The translations under genes were made by a program, and so were the position numbers. The notes under the pieces are model-generated. The model ran no database searches and had not been told where the DNA came from. It saw only the letters and a program-made list of their open reading frames with translations. Positions 25,860 through 39,244 of a stretch of DNA of 64,000 nucleotides are shown here, piece by piece; the stretch's first letter is position 1; every line of letters begins with the position of its first letter. The DNA lies in assembly GCF_030684315.1 (NCBI RefSeq), contig NC_081354.1:55332259-55396258 (forward strand). Reading direction: 5' to 3'. Source of the stretch: Stegostoma tigrinum. Its lineage: Eukaryota.

Positions 25860-26399
25860 TAAAAAAAATCCAGCTTATTGTTTTGAATACTTGGAAAAAG
25901 TCCCCAGTACAGAAATTTACTTTCTATTTTTCACAGCCTGCATTTTTGTGTAAATAAGCATGTTCAGTTTTTGTCTTTTGCCGCAGTTGTTTGCTACAGA
26001 GACCATCAGTTGTAAAATCGCTGGGCCAGCACCACAACTTCAGGTCTTATACTGAGCTATTTTAGTACAGTTGTAGTTGTATTGGACCTGACGACAGAGT
26101 CCAGAATACACAGCAGTATACTCAGAAAAATTTTGCATTTATTTCTTATAAAATGTCCAATAATTTGTAATGCTTTTCACTTTTTGCACAGATACAACTT
26201 GACGGTTGTGTTTTAGCACTGATTTTGCAATATATTTGCTCTCTTTACTCATTAGTAAACAAGTCTGAAGAATAAGTCAACACAGAATTGCATCACCAGA
26301 ATTTATAAATCACATTTAACCTAACTTAGTAACATGCATTAAAATTTAAATCATTTTCTTTTGAGATGTATGCAGTTATTTTTATCAAAACATTACCAG

Positions 26400-27175
26400 A
26401 ATGCCCAAGGGGACTTAGACAGGCTAAATGGGGAGACAAGACTTTGACAGCTGGAATGTAATGTGGATGTGTACAGGTTATCTGCTTTGGTAAGAGGAAT
26501 GAAGGTATTTTATAAATGGTGAGAGATTGGAAAAGTTAATGACCAAAGACGCCTGAGTGTTTTTGTTCATAAGTCACAGAAAACTAGTAGGCAGTGCAAC
26601 AAGGCAAACGATATGTTGGCCTTCATCACAAGAGAACTTGAGTACAGGAGTGAAGGTGGCTTACTTAAATTGTATCAAACTTTGTTCAGACTATTTCTGG
26701 AGTGCCGTTCTGTGGTTCTGGTTCTCTTACCGAAGAAATGCAGCAGGAGTTCATCAGATTGACCGCAGATGAGATGGGGGACATTGACCCTACATTCAAT
26801 TGAGTTTAGAAGAATGACAGGTGATCTCAGTGAAATGTACAAGTTTCTTAAAGGGCAAGACAGTGTAGATACAGTAAGGATATTTTCCTAGGCAGGAGGG
26901 TCTGGAACTAGGGGACTCAGGCTCAGAATAAGGGACAAACTATTTCAGGAGTGAGGTAAGGAGGAATTTCTTCAATTAGAGGGTAGCGAATCTTTGGAAT
27001 TTCTTTCCCAGAAAGGGCTATGAAAACTCAGTCATTGAGTATATTCAATAGATTTTGATGCCCAAGGGATGTGGGAGTAGTGTAAGAACATGGTATTGAG
27101 GTGAATGATCAGCCAGGATACAGCATGGCAGAGTAAGTTCAACAGGCTGAATAGCCTCCTCCTACTCCTGCCTTC
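26400..27175 (+). mobile_element. Degraded CR1 LINE 3' fragment
   Basis: Q.DLDRL, LY..LV, GDL.E remnants and a 3' UTR. Confidence 0.7.
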
Positions 27176-27486
27176 ACATACAATACTTTATCTCATGCCA
27201 ATACTGCTGTCTGCACATTGAAGTACTAGTCTGGAGTTTCAGGCTGTGGGTGCCCCTGACGCTGATTGCTCCTTATCGCAGAGTAAGGCTCTTTAGCTCC
27301 TTCTGTGCTGTAACACTCCCTTATATTTACCTCCTAGGCACAGCTCTCCATTGCAAGGTCTAACTCCTGATCATTCGATACTGGTATCTTCTCTCCTACT
27401 GATGTCAGAGTCATGGGATCAACAGCATCATAATATACATGAGTCTCATTATTTCATGTGTACTCTCTCAAAAACACTTCACAATA

Positions 27487-27682
27487 TCACAGTGGCTCAG
27501 TGGTTAATACTGCTGCCTCACAGCGCCAAGGACCAGGGTTCGATTCCAGCCTTGGGCAACTGTCTGCATGGAGTTTGTACATAGGGTGGAAAATGCATTG
27601 TTAGGGTAGGCTGCTTTTGGAAGGTCAGTGTGGACTCGATGGGCTGAATGGCCTGCTTCCACACTAGGGATTTTATGATTCA
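27487..27682 (+). mobile_element. HE1-like tRNA-derived SINE (internally deleted)
   Basis: A box gtggctcagtggtta, gcctcacagcgcca, B box ggttcgattcc, V-domain-like tggagtttg, and a CR1-like tail. Confidence 0.8.
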
Positions 27683-28419
27683 TGACGACAATGTCAAGTA
27701 GAACAAATCTTATAATCATATTTGTCATCTTAAAGTTATATCATAATTTTCGGTTTGAAAGGTATATGCCATTAGTTGTTGATCACTTTTCCTTAAGATG
27801 CAAAATCCTTTCAAGTGATACGTTTTTATTAATGTTTTAAAAGATATAGAAATTCAAATTACTCAACACTTGCTGGTTTAAATGGGAGTTAATGTTGCCC
27901 ATTTCAGTGCATTTTGAAGCTCGTAGAACAGATCAAGGTTAGAGTGCACTAAAACACTGCACACCATTTTTTGTCTAATCCAAAGGTTCTGCAATCACAC
28001 TGTTCTAAACCCTGAATAGTTTAGCTAGTACAAACAGCATTCCATTACTCAACAGTTACTCAACTCCTGGCCCACCTCATCTCCTACCCTCTGTGAATTT
28101 GAGTCAATCCAAAATTTGGCTGCACAGCTCCGAATTGACTGTTCATATAGTACCCTTGCTTGACAAACATTGGCTGTATGTTAAAGCAATAAGTCAATCC
28201 TGAAATTCTCTTGTTTACAAATCACTCCATGTGCTCAGCCCTCCCAATCTCAATAGTTTCATTTATCTTATAAACCCCCCAATTATCAGCATTCATCTAA
28301 TTCTGGCTTTGAGCATCTCAATTGTTGGCTATGTCTTCAACTGATGAAAACCTAAACTCTAGAATCCCCTCTCTAAACCTTTCTTTTCTCCTTCAAGATG
28401 CTTTTAAAGCTTAAAATTA

Positions 28420-29060
28420 TTTACAATCTGTATTAATGCCCTGAATGACAGGGTTGAATGTACTATCATTAAGCTGACAGATGACAAAACAAAAATAGAA
28501 GGGAAGTCAAACGGTGAGGATAACTGAAAGGACCTCCAGAGCAATGTGGCTAGATTAAGTGAGTAGGCAGATAGAAAGCAATGTGGGGGACAAGTCAGGT
28601 TTATACTTTGGCAGGGAGAATCCAAGAGATGAATACTATTTAAGTGGAGAAAAACTAGAGGAAGCTACAGCAGAGAAGGACTTAGGAGTCCTTTTGTATA
28701 AATTACAAAAATTCAAATAGAGGTGTCAAATGGAACATGGGCCTTTATTTTAAGAGGAATCGAGTATAACGAAAGAGGTGACTTGCTAAAACTATACAAG
28801 ACACTAGTAGACCACACCTAGAATATTGTGAGCATTTTTATGTAAATTATAAATTATAAAATTATATAAATTATATAAATTATTCTAAAGAAAGATGTAT
28901 TTGCACTGAAAGCAATGAGAAGCTACTTCACCAGGCTGACCCTGAATGTGAAGGATGTTTTTTACAATGACGAGAGAGCAATTAACTTGGGCAAATACTC
29001 TTGGAAGAACGAGTGGAGACCGATAGAAGCAAAGAGGGGCTTGACAGGACAAATGTAGAG
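28420..29060 (+). mobile_element. Degraded CR1 LINE fragment containing an AT microsatellite (about 28843-28883)
   Basis: K..DD.K, KDLGV and LYKTLVRPHLEYC remnants; (taaatta)n-like run. Confidence 0.7.
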
Positions 29061-29284
29061 ACATTTACATATGCAATCTGGAAGTATAGCAGGACAATGG
29101 TGAGAGGAGGAAACATGATTAAGCATCAAACAAACCAGCATCCTAACCAAGCACACAAACTGACAGAATCATTATGGCCTAGGAATCTGTAAAGTCCATG
29201 CCAGCCTGCTGTAGAGCGATCCAGTCATTCCCAATCCCTCGCTTTATCTTTGTAGTTCTGCAAGTTTATTTCCCATTGATCTAG

Positions 29285-30231
29285 TATTGCAAAGTTGGGT
29301 AGAGTATTTCTGGATTGGGAGGCAGGATGGTAGAACTTGGTGTTTGTAAAATGTTAGGGTGGAACACATTGTGAGGTCCCTTTAAAAGATCATGTGCTTT
29401 TTCCATACTTAGATTTTAAAATGGATGTCAGTGAGCAGTAGCTTGAAAGTCTGTAGTACACTCAGAACACCCGAATTACAACATTTGTAGTGAAAGGCTG
29501 TAAAGTTAGCAAGTCAAGCACCAGTTTTTACCAAGACAACAGGCTTTTGAATTTAACCAATCAATTTGAACCTGGCACTTGGATACCAAAAACTTATTAA
29601 ATTTAAGTCTTATGGTTTTGACAATATAGGACCAATCCTATTGTAAGAAATATTGATATGTCATCAAGAGTATAAAAAAGGGGCAGTTGGACAAAGGCCC
29701 AGAGCTAATTGCCATCCACAAGAGCTAACGACCCTCAGTTCTCAACAGAGAATTGCTGGCTGTTACAGCCTCCTCAATGTCTTAGAGAAAGCACCACCTA
29801 AATAACAATGGTATCAGCCACTAGTTAATATTCCTGACAGAAGAATCAATGGGGAAAGCACAGAACACTCCAGAAGACATGTAACCTGGCTCAATTTTTG
29901 AGAGAATAAATTCTTTATTTGTACATGGGACTTGTATTTATTGGAACAGCATACTATTAGAATCTTGCTTTATCTGGAAGTAGTTAGTCGCTAGAAGGGA
30001 TTTACTCAGTTTGTTAATAGGTTAGTTAATTTGTTCACTGTTAGAGTTAAATAAATTATTACTTGATTGTAAAGTGACTGTCAGGGTTTTATTTTATGCA
30101 ACTACTATAAGTTACTAAAAAGACTGGTTACAACACTTTTCACACTCCTTTTACGTATTATGGGGCAAGGTGCACCTCTTTAGGTGTTTTGGTTTTAGTT
30201 CTCAGACAGGGATCAACCTCTGCTTTACAAC
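29285..30231 (+). mobile_element. Putative solo LTR
   Basis: About 950-bp insert splitting a - strand CR1; degenerate inverted termini tattgcaaag / ctttacaac, TATA-like tataaaaa near 29671, aataaa near 29905 and 30050. Confidence 0.4.
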
Positions 30232-30880
30232 CCCACTTATTTTCTTTTGAAATAATCATTGTTTCCACTTCCACCACCCTTGTAGGCCACAAGTTCCGGC
30301 CCATCACTGTATGCTGCATAAAAGAACTGTTTCCTATATCACCTCAATACTATTCCTTCAAAAACTCTTAACTCTCTGTTCCCAAGTTTTTATACCAACA
30401 GTTAATAGAAACAGCTTTTATCTGTCTACTTTGTCTAAACCAGTCATAATCAAATATAACTTCAGTCAGAGAAACTGCAGTTGTTCTTCTTAGAGCAGGA
30501 GGAATTGAAGTGAGATCTGACGAAGTCTGTAGTGAAATTCCCTCAATCCTGGAATTATTTTGGTAAATCTCCTTTGCACCCTCACATTCTTCCTGAAATG
30601 TAATGACCGGAACAACATATTCCAATTATAGCACAAACAAAAAGAGTTTTCACAAGTTCAGCATAATTTCCCTACTTTTGTACTCAATGCCACAACTTAC
30701 AAAGCTTCCGAATCCACTACCTTGCTAATTGCTCTTTCAATATGTTCTGCCAAAGATTGATGCACACGAATCTCCAAGTCTTCTGTACCTGTACTTTCTT
30801 TAGAATTGTCACTAAGTTTATATCATCTCTCCTGCCAAAGTGCACTATTCTTTTTTTAATTACATTTTCCCTTTCTGCTC
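30232..30880 (-). mobile_element. Degraded CR1 LINE 3' fragment (continues at about 29160-29280)
   Basis: - strand LEY.V.F, ...IPG and W..L..VVE remnants. Confidence 0.6.
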
Positions 30881-33719
30881 ATCTATGTCCCATTGGTTGA
30901 AAAAAAAATGACTGAAAGTATCAGGCCATATGTAACAAGGCAAGTAAATGATTGATGCAGGTTCAGGTGCAGAATTAAATCTCTGAAAGTGAAATCATGT
31001 TGGAAATTTGGCATCATTCGATCCACTTCTCTCTCTACACATACTGCTGGACTTGTTTCTGTCAGCACTCTTTTTGTTTGAGCCAGGTTGGTTTGGGGGC
31101 TTTGCACATGTACAGGGAGTATTGTGTGTAAGCTATCTTGTGACTCCTGCTAAGGTGATCATGTATGCGCTTCATTTTATCTTTGGCAATCACAGATTTT
31201 CACACCTCCAGACCACCTCAGCATTGAGCTCCTGGGAGACCAGGCCAGTCTCTAGACACAAGGCCTCAATTGGGTTGAGAGTCAGTGGGAAGACAACAGA
31301 ATGGTCACACAGGTAATTTAAAAATCACACACCCACAGCCCTCCCCACAAAGTCACCAGTGGCAGGACGCTTAAATTAAGATCCATTAATGAAATACTTC
31401 TTCAGACTCCTATCTAGTGCAAACCCTGTTATGTCAGCTGAGATTCTAGCCCAACCCACACCCATATACGGGAAGCCTCAGTCACTGGGTAAGAGACAGC
31501 TGGGTGACTCAGCCTGGAGTGAGGGGCAGGAGTTGGGAGTTAGCAAGGGAGACCCACATGAGAAGTAGATTCAGCACCAGAACAGTCCATACTACAATGT
31601 GCACTTACTCTCCATTTTACCTCTTATAGCCCACTGGCTCCTGCCAACCAAAGCAGTGCAAATGTCACTTGTGCTGAGAGATAAAGCCCTTCAATCTCTC
31701 TAATTAACCTCACTGTCTCCTGGAAATGCTGATAGCAGCGTGCACACACACAATACCCAAGGTGGTTTGCACGTTTGCCTTTTCATCGATAACCCGAGTT
31801 CAGAACCTACATCCAGTTGCGCAGAGCTTGCAGTGCACTGTGTTCTCCACCGTGACTGTTCACTGCTGTCTATGTTTCCACATGACAATCTGTAAAGACA
31901 GTATCATTTCATTATCCACATTTTTGATTGTGGACTAGAGTGGGAAAAGAACTGTTTAAAAACAAAAGGATTGTTGAAATGTTACTGCACCTCTTAAAAG
32001 TAGTAACTTGACACTGATTAAGTATTGCTTGTCTGTTCAAGCAGCACCAGAAGCCTAGCTACAGACGAAACAAAACTTTTGCTAATGTTTGAACAGAGGT
32101 TTAGCTGGCAACAAGTTGCTGATTGATAACTAGGCACCATTTCACAGACCAATGTCAAAGGCCTTCTGTCAGCCAACAACAATGTGATTGGCTCCCAAGA
32201 TACTGAACAATTTTGGGGTGAGAATGTTTGGTGTGGAAACCATCAGATGTCTGGGAGGGAATGAGCTATGCCTCCTCTGCAATGAAAAGCATTTCAAGCC
32301 TCACAATAACCAGTTTATTTCTCCTATTGGTTACTGCAAACAGTAACTTAATTACATGTTACAAACTTTCATAGATGTGACCCAGTCACCCTGTGCCTTC
32401 TGCAAATAGGTACAAGAAGTAAAATTGAGAAATAGTATTCTAATCAGAAAAGATTGTTTCAGATTTTATTGCAGACAAGGATCACTGAATTGCCTTCCAC
32501 AGTCATTCTCTCCATCCGTACCACTTGTTATTGTGTGGGACTACCTTTGTGTCAGGGAAGGTTTTATAAGGAAATTAGAGTTTTAACCAGTGCAGTTAAA
32601 ATTGTTTATCTTTAGGTAGAAAGTATTGTAATAAATAATTATTGATGAATGCAGAAAGCTGGTTCATGCTTTGTCAACCTGGGTCTAAAAATCCAGTAGA
32701 TTTCAGAATTTTGCACACTTTTTAAACTTCTTATTTCTTGTGAGGATTCTGGAAATAGCAGGGTTTGACTTGTGACAATGCATTACCCCAGTGATACATA
32801 ACAAACCCAAGTCTCTCTACTGCAGCAGTCATAGAGGTGTTTCTCTGTGCTGGTGGATGGCATGCAAGTACCATGTGATGGTGCATCCTTACTGCATACA
32901 TGCGCCCCCCCCCACCGCCCCGCCGAGGACTCCTAAATCGGATAACTCAGGAAATGCTCCAAGATTCACAAAGGGTCTAGGGGAAAGTGAATGATGGAGC
33001 TTGTGCTGACATTGAGAATGGGCCAGTTCAGTTAATGATTACATCAATTCAACATGAAGCATTGTTAAATGTGAACTGCCAGACCTCTTCATTTAATGTG
33101 GTCATTTCCAGAAGGGCCCCAACCCAAAACGTCAACATTCCTGCTCCTCTGATGTGCTCTTCCAGCTCCACACATCTGACTCCAGCATCAGCAGTTCTCA
33201 CTGAGTCTGAAAGTATTTCAATTTTTGTCTTGAAAATTTTAATTGGCCGACCTTCAATGGATTGCTGCTGAGGGAAGATGGATGCTGCATGAGGTTTCCA
33301 GATTTTCTTTATCCTTTGTGTGACAAGTGTGCCTCTTCACTTCAGTTCTAAATGGATCAGCTTTAATTCAGAGTTTGTTTACTCTTGATCAGAATTCCCC
33401 ACCAGACAAAATCGTTTATCCACATCTCAAATCTCTATCATGTTAAATACCTTCAGAAGATCACCCATCAGCCTTCTGAACTTGGTGAATGTAATTGGTG
33501 GAAATAGATTAATCATTGAAAAAAGGTCAAACTTTACAATATAAACCATAGCAAAGAAACAACACCACTGGGTTACTTCTTTTTAAGATTATCAATATTT
33601 CCTATACCAAAAAAAAGTGCAAAGTAGCCAAAAAAAGCACAGCTCTGCATCCAATCTCTATTTAAAAAAGGTGGAAAAATAAATAATTGGAAACTTGAAC
33701 AACACAATAGATGAGTCCT

Positions 33720-33853
33720 AAAAAAACCTGAAAGAACTGCAGATGCTGTAAATCAGGAATAAAATCAAAGTTGCTAGAAAAGGTCAGGTCTGGCTGCATC
33801 TGCGAAATGAAAAACAGTTAACGTTTCAGGTTCGGTGACCCTTCCTCAGAACA
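33720..33853 (-). mobile_element. Penelope-derived terminal fragment with hammerhead core
   Basis: - strand gtt-CTGAGGA-agggtcaccgaacct-GAAAC-GTT-aac at 33820-33849, followed by a cagcatctgcagttc tail shared with the fold-back family. Confidence 0.7.
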
Positions 33854-34688
33854 GAACATACAAGTCAACAGTCAGATTCCGATAAATGAAGAGCATTTAT
33901 TTGCGATATTTGCCTACATTCAGAATAGTTAGAGTAGCAAGCAACTGTCTTCTCCCTCAGTTAAATTTCTCAATAGTGCTATTCAGCTCATCAAGAAACA
34001 ATACAATATTCCTGAAGTGTTTAGAACCAAATTGTGCAATGTCTGTAAAATAGCAATCTCTCCAAAATTAGTGATATTGACAAATAAAAAAGGTATTTTC
34101 AGTGTTATTCATGATTGGACACACTTAAATGAATGTGACCTGGGTTATCTCCCTGTGCAGCAAGTGTGAACCTTACCAGACAAGTGGCTCAGTCATCAAA
34201 ATTAAGAAAAATAGAAAAGAGGAAAAAAATAAATGAGGAAGCAACAATAGAGGAAGGACCTTGCTCAATGCAAATGACAGCAATGTCACTGCTTAATACT
34301 GATATTTTAGCTATTTTTCATTCTCTCAACTGCTGGTGCATCAGAATAATGAACTTGTTCTTTTATACGTTTTTGTTTGTGTTCTATTATAAAACTGTAT
34401 AATTAGAAATAATCCTTGCAAACATTTATAAAGAAAACAGAAACAAGCCTAATCTTTAAATTCACATTTTTTGCCCCCTGAAGTAAAATGTTTCTCTGCC
34501 GTGTCACTGGCTGGCTGTAATCTCAGTTTCATTCTGCAGGAAGACAAAGTGAGACAAGAAAAAGGTGGTGAAACCAGAAAAGGAACTTAAGTTCAGTAGT
34601 TTACGTTTAGCACCCATATGGAATGATCACATCCTTGTTAGTGTCCCTTGCAGCAAATTGTTCTGAAGCAGCAGCATAGTCCCTCTGT

Positions 34689-34955
<267 letters not shown>

Positions 34956-36863
34956 TTAAAAAAAGTTGCATCACATTGTTGAATAAGGAAGAGACAGTCA
35001 TATGGAAGAAAGCATCTGCAATAGCTCTCCTTTGTATGTACTGTTTTAACACCAGAGTTTGTACTACTGCTGTGGGAAAGATACAACAGCCAAATTTTTA
35101 AACACAAAACTAAATTTTCTCAAGAAGTCCCCCCTTTATTGTTGGAGGTCAGCACTATTTTCCTATTGCATTTCCACCCTCATCCATATTGCATGGGCCG
35201 GCAGGCTCTCAACACAGAGTTGCTGGTTAAGGATGTTGACATCAACCAATGCAATAAGTGTAGAAAACTAAAAGATCTGCTTGGTATATGTGGTAGAGGG
35301 AAAATCACTTCCTGGTCTAACTAGAATATGCTTGTAGATATGGTTAGCGATAGTTATTGATGTTATTAGGAGATTATGAGGAGGACCAGATCATAAGTCT
35401 CAAGCCTTTGAGATACTAAGCCATTCTGCTCACAAGTCCTTATCACACCATCACAGTGAATGACTGCTAATGGCAATCCTCGGATTCAACCTTTTCAGAT
35501 CTACATACAGGATTAAAAACAACTAACTGACCTTTTCTTGACATATTTAATCGACCATAAAAATCCTTTACTGCAGCTTATGCTTGTGACAATTGCAGGA
35601 ATTTTTTGAATCTAGAGAAATGGTATTTCCAACCCTTTCTCTGTAGTTTTCATCTATTTCCAGGCAAAGTTATGGTGGGAGATCAGGGGATCCTTGTAGA
35701 AATTTCCACTGCTTATTGGTTGCACCTTAAAGTAATTAGCATGCATTCACGAAAGATTAATCATCGCTCCCCCTATCCTGGATGGCTTCTTCAAAAAAAT
35801 TAATAAGCTCTTATGAAGATTTTTCTTTCATGGTTTGACTTCTCTGCTATTTTGATCAGGATTTCACTTTTAGACAATTCTAAGACAAATTTGAGATTAG
35901 TAAATCTCAAAACAATTAATTTGTGTTATGTCTTTATATTTTGCTGGAAGCTTTTTGAAAGTATTTTTTCAAACTTTTCTCTGGCCTTAGTATCTAAACA
36001 TTTTCTGTTCATTAAATTGGATAGTGCAAAATTTAAAACCAGGGTCACTGTCCCACAATACAGGTTCAGCCATTTTGGACTGAGATGAGGAAACACTTCT
36101 TCACTCAGTGACCAACTCGTGGAATTTGCTACCACAGAAGTCTATGGAGGCCAGTTCACGGAGTATATTCATGAAAGAGATTGATCAATTTTAGATATTA
36201 AAAGCATCATAGGGAGAAAGCAGGAATATGGTATTGAGACACAACATTGGCCATGATCATATTGATGGATGAAGCAGGCACAAAAAAGGCCAAATGGCCT
36301 ACTCCTACTCCCTGTTTCTATGTTAATTGCCCATCAAAGGCTCTCTGAAACACATCATTAAGTTAGGCCTCAGAGCAACAAAGATAAATTAGGCAGTGTA
36401 CAGCTTCTTCTAAACACAGGAAAAAAATAATTTTGCTTCATAAATCCAACCCTACTATTATGGCACAGCGCATAAGACTGTAAAATCAAACTGGGAAAAA
36501 GGCAGACCTCTGATCCCCAACCTAAAACTATCTGGCTAGCTTTGCAAGTATTATGTCATCATACCAGTACAGAATGTACGTACTCACTCACTCTATACTG
36601 CTCGACCCAAAGCTAGGTCTACAGCTCAGGGTCTGCTGATGCTTCATCCTGAGGCATTTTTCCTGGCAATTTTTGTCTATGGTAGTTTGCCATTGCCTTC
36701 CACTTCCAGGAGCAGGGCACAGAGACAGGTCCAAGTCTACCTTAGCCATAGTGGGAATTAAACCCATGCTACTGGCATTATTCTGGACCATACATTATCC
36801 ATTAAGTGCACATCTGTAGAAGCCAATAATCTGTTTCAATCATATCACTACAATCTCTATTCA

Positions 36864-37178
<315 letters not shown>

Positions 37179-37669
37179 TTAACGTTACATTGAGATCATC
37201 ACTATTGGGAGGGTTAAGTGCTGCTGCACATTACTGCTTGCACACTGCTTGCAGGCCAGAGATTTCAGGCCCTTTCAATATACTGCTGCAACAATGCCAG
37301 ATGAATTTCACTGATGCTCATCACTGCTGAGCACAGATTTCCAATGGATCTTCAAGGCTTCCTATAGTTGTTTCATACCCAAAATTTCAAAATTGTCCTT
37401 GATATTTTGTAGTAAATACTTTTTGAAGACAAGATGGGGTAAAGTAGCAGCACTACATCCGTTGCTCTTCCAAACCCTACCCCACATTAACTAATAAGTC
37501 AACTAATACAGGTGAATTCTTGATGAAATCACATTATCTAAATGTAAAATATTAATGCTTATAAAATTCAGACTCGAAGTGTTGATGTATGAACCATTAA
37601 ATTCTAAATGCCATACACAAAAGAAAGTCAAACAGAAAAAAAAACAAGAATCCCCACATGTAACTGCAG

Positions 37670-37800
37670 GCCATGATGTGGAGGTGCTGGTGTTGGACTG
37701 GGGTAGACAAAGTCAGAAGTTGCACGACACCAGGTTATAGTTTACCAGGTTTATTTGAAATCAAGCTTTCAGAGCTTAGCCCCTTCATCAGGTGAAGTGT
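37670..37800 (-). mobile_element. Penelope-type terminal fragment with hammerhead core (third family)
   Basis: - strand cac-CTGATGA-aggggctaagctct-GAAA-gctt at 37763-37791, then aataaacctg...ctataacctggtgtcgtg. Confidence 0.6.
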
Positions 37801-38443
37801 GAGCACTTCTGTGCACTCAGGCACAGAATTTATAGGCAGAGAGATCAAAAGGATCAAACAAATGGGGTGTGAAGTGTCAGACAAGACTCTGCAAGACTAA
37901 GAGATCACCCATTCAATAGAAAGAAAAAAAAGGAATGTTTCCTTTACGAAGATAGTGAAACTGTGGAATTTGGAGAGCTGTTGAGTCTGGGTTTTTAAGT
38001 ACATTTGAGGCCGTCACAGACAGATTTTTAATTAGGTTTATGGGGATAAGACAGGAGAGTGGGGCTCAGTTTTATCAGATTAGCCATGATCTCACTCAAT
38101 GGGCCAAACAGCCTACTCCTGCTCCTATATCTTACAGTTTTATGAGGCACAATTTAGCATTTAAAAATTAATCACCAAGCTGTGAAGTTACATGGAGGAA
38201 TAAATTTTGTTTATTACATTAGAGTGCTGGGGCAGAAAGGATATTGCCAGTGCAGATTAAGTGATCAGACTGTGAGAATGGCAGAACAATATAGTGTGTC
38301 TAACTGCCAGATTTGAAAGAACACATACAGTTTGCACTGGGGTAGGGGGAAATGGAAGGCAGGACATGGTACAGAGAATGTAAGTAGTAAAGCAAAAAGA
38401 AAAGAAAGGGAGAAATGGAAATTGGCTCACAATTTAAAAGGTG

Positions 38444-38654
38444 ATCAGTGATAATGAGAATTGCAGATGCTGGAGCATTGAGCTCAACACCTTTAAATTG
38501 TGACAACAAAAAAAGCGTGGGGCTGGATGAACACAGCAGGCCAAGCAGCATCTTAGGAGCACAAAAGCTGATGTTTCGGGCCTAGACCCTTCAGCATTTC
38601 TGCTGCTAAGATGCTGCTTGGCCTGCTGTGTTCATCCAGCCCCACACTTTGTTG
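38444..38654. mobile_element. Penelope-derived fold-back element, centrally deleted
   Basis: Same arms and tail as the 25627 and 47268 copies; TSD tcacaatttaaa(a)ggtg at 38427-38443 / 38655-38670. Confidence 0.85.
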
Positions 38655-39010
38655 TCACAATTTAAAGGTGTTGAGCTCAATGTTAAGTCTAGAAGACTGT
38701 AAAGTGCCCAGTCTGAAAATGAGATGTTGTTCCTTCAGTTTGCGCTATGATTCACTGGAGCACTACAGCATGCCAAGGACAGACAGGTGGGCGTGAGAGC
38801 AGGATTTGTTAAAATGACCAGCTACAGGAAGATCAGGGTCATACCCAGTGTCTACAAAGAAAAAAAAAGTTGCCTAGTGCATATTTGGTTTCCCCAGTGT
38901 ACAGTAGACTACATTGGATGCAGTGAATTCAATACATGACGTTGGGAGGTGGTACAGGTGAAATGCTGCCTCACCTGGAATGACTGTTTAAGCCCTTGGA
39001 TGGTGAGCAG
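38655..39010 (-). mobile_element. Penelope-like element GIY-YIG endonuclease remnant
   Basis: - strand translates IQGLKQSFQVRQHFTCT..NVMY*IHCIQCSLLYTGETK ... CSSES*RKLKEQHLIFRLGTLQSSRLNIE (with frameshifts), which are PLE GIY-YIG motifs. Confidence 0.85.
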
Positions 39011-39244
39011 GGAGGTGCTGAACAGGCAGGTTTTGCACCTTCTGCAGTTACTTGAGAAGGTGCTATAGAAAGGGCTTCCCTAATCTTGCCTGTCTTCTAC
39101 CAAAGACCTCTTTTATTCTTTCTCTGTATTCCCCTCTCTTGCTTGGATAAAACTGAAAACATTTCTAAATTCTCCCAGCTTTGACAAAAAGTTATCAACC
39201 TACAATGTTAAATCTGCTTTTCTCTACACAATGGAGAAACTTGG

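Noticed and set aside
27487-27552. tRNA gene (also at 53605-53690)
   Set aside because: A and B boxes are present but there is no acceptor stem or cloverleaf, and each continues into a SINE body and LINE-like tail
32987-33040. NDGAC motif as the missing EGF2 exon
   Set aside because: It lacks the other EGF cysteines and a suitable acceptor
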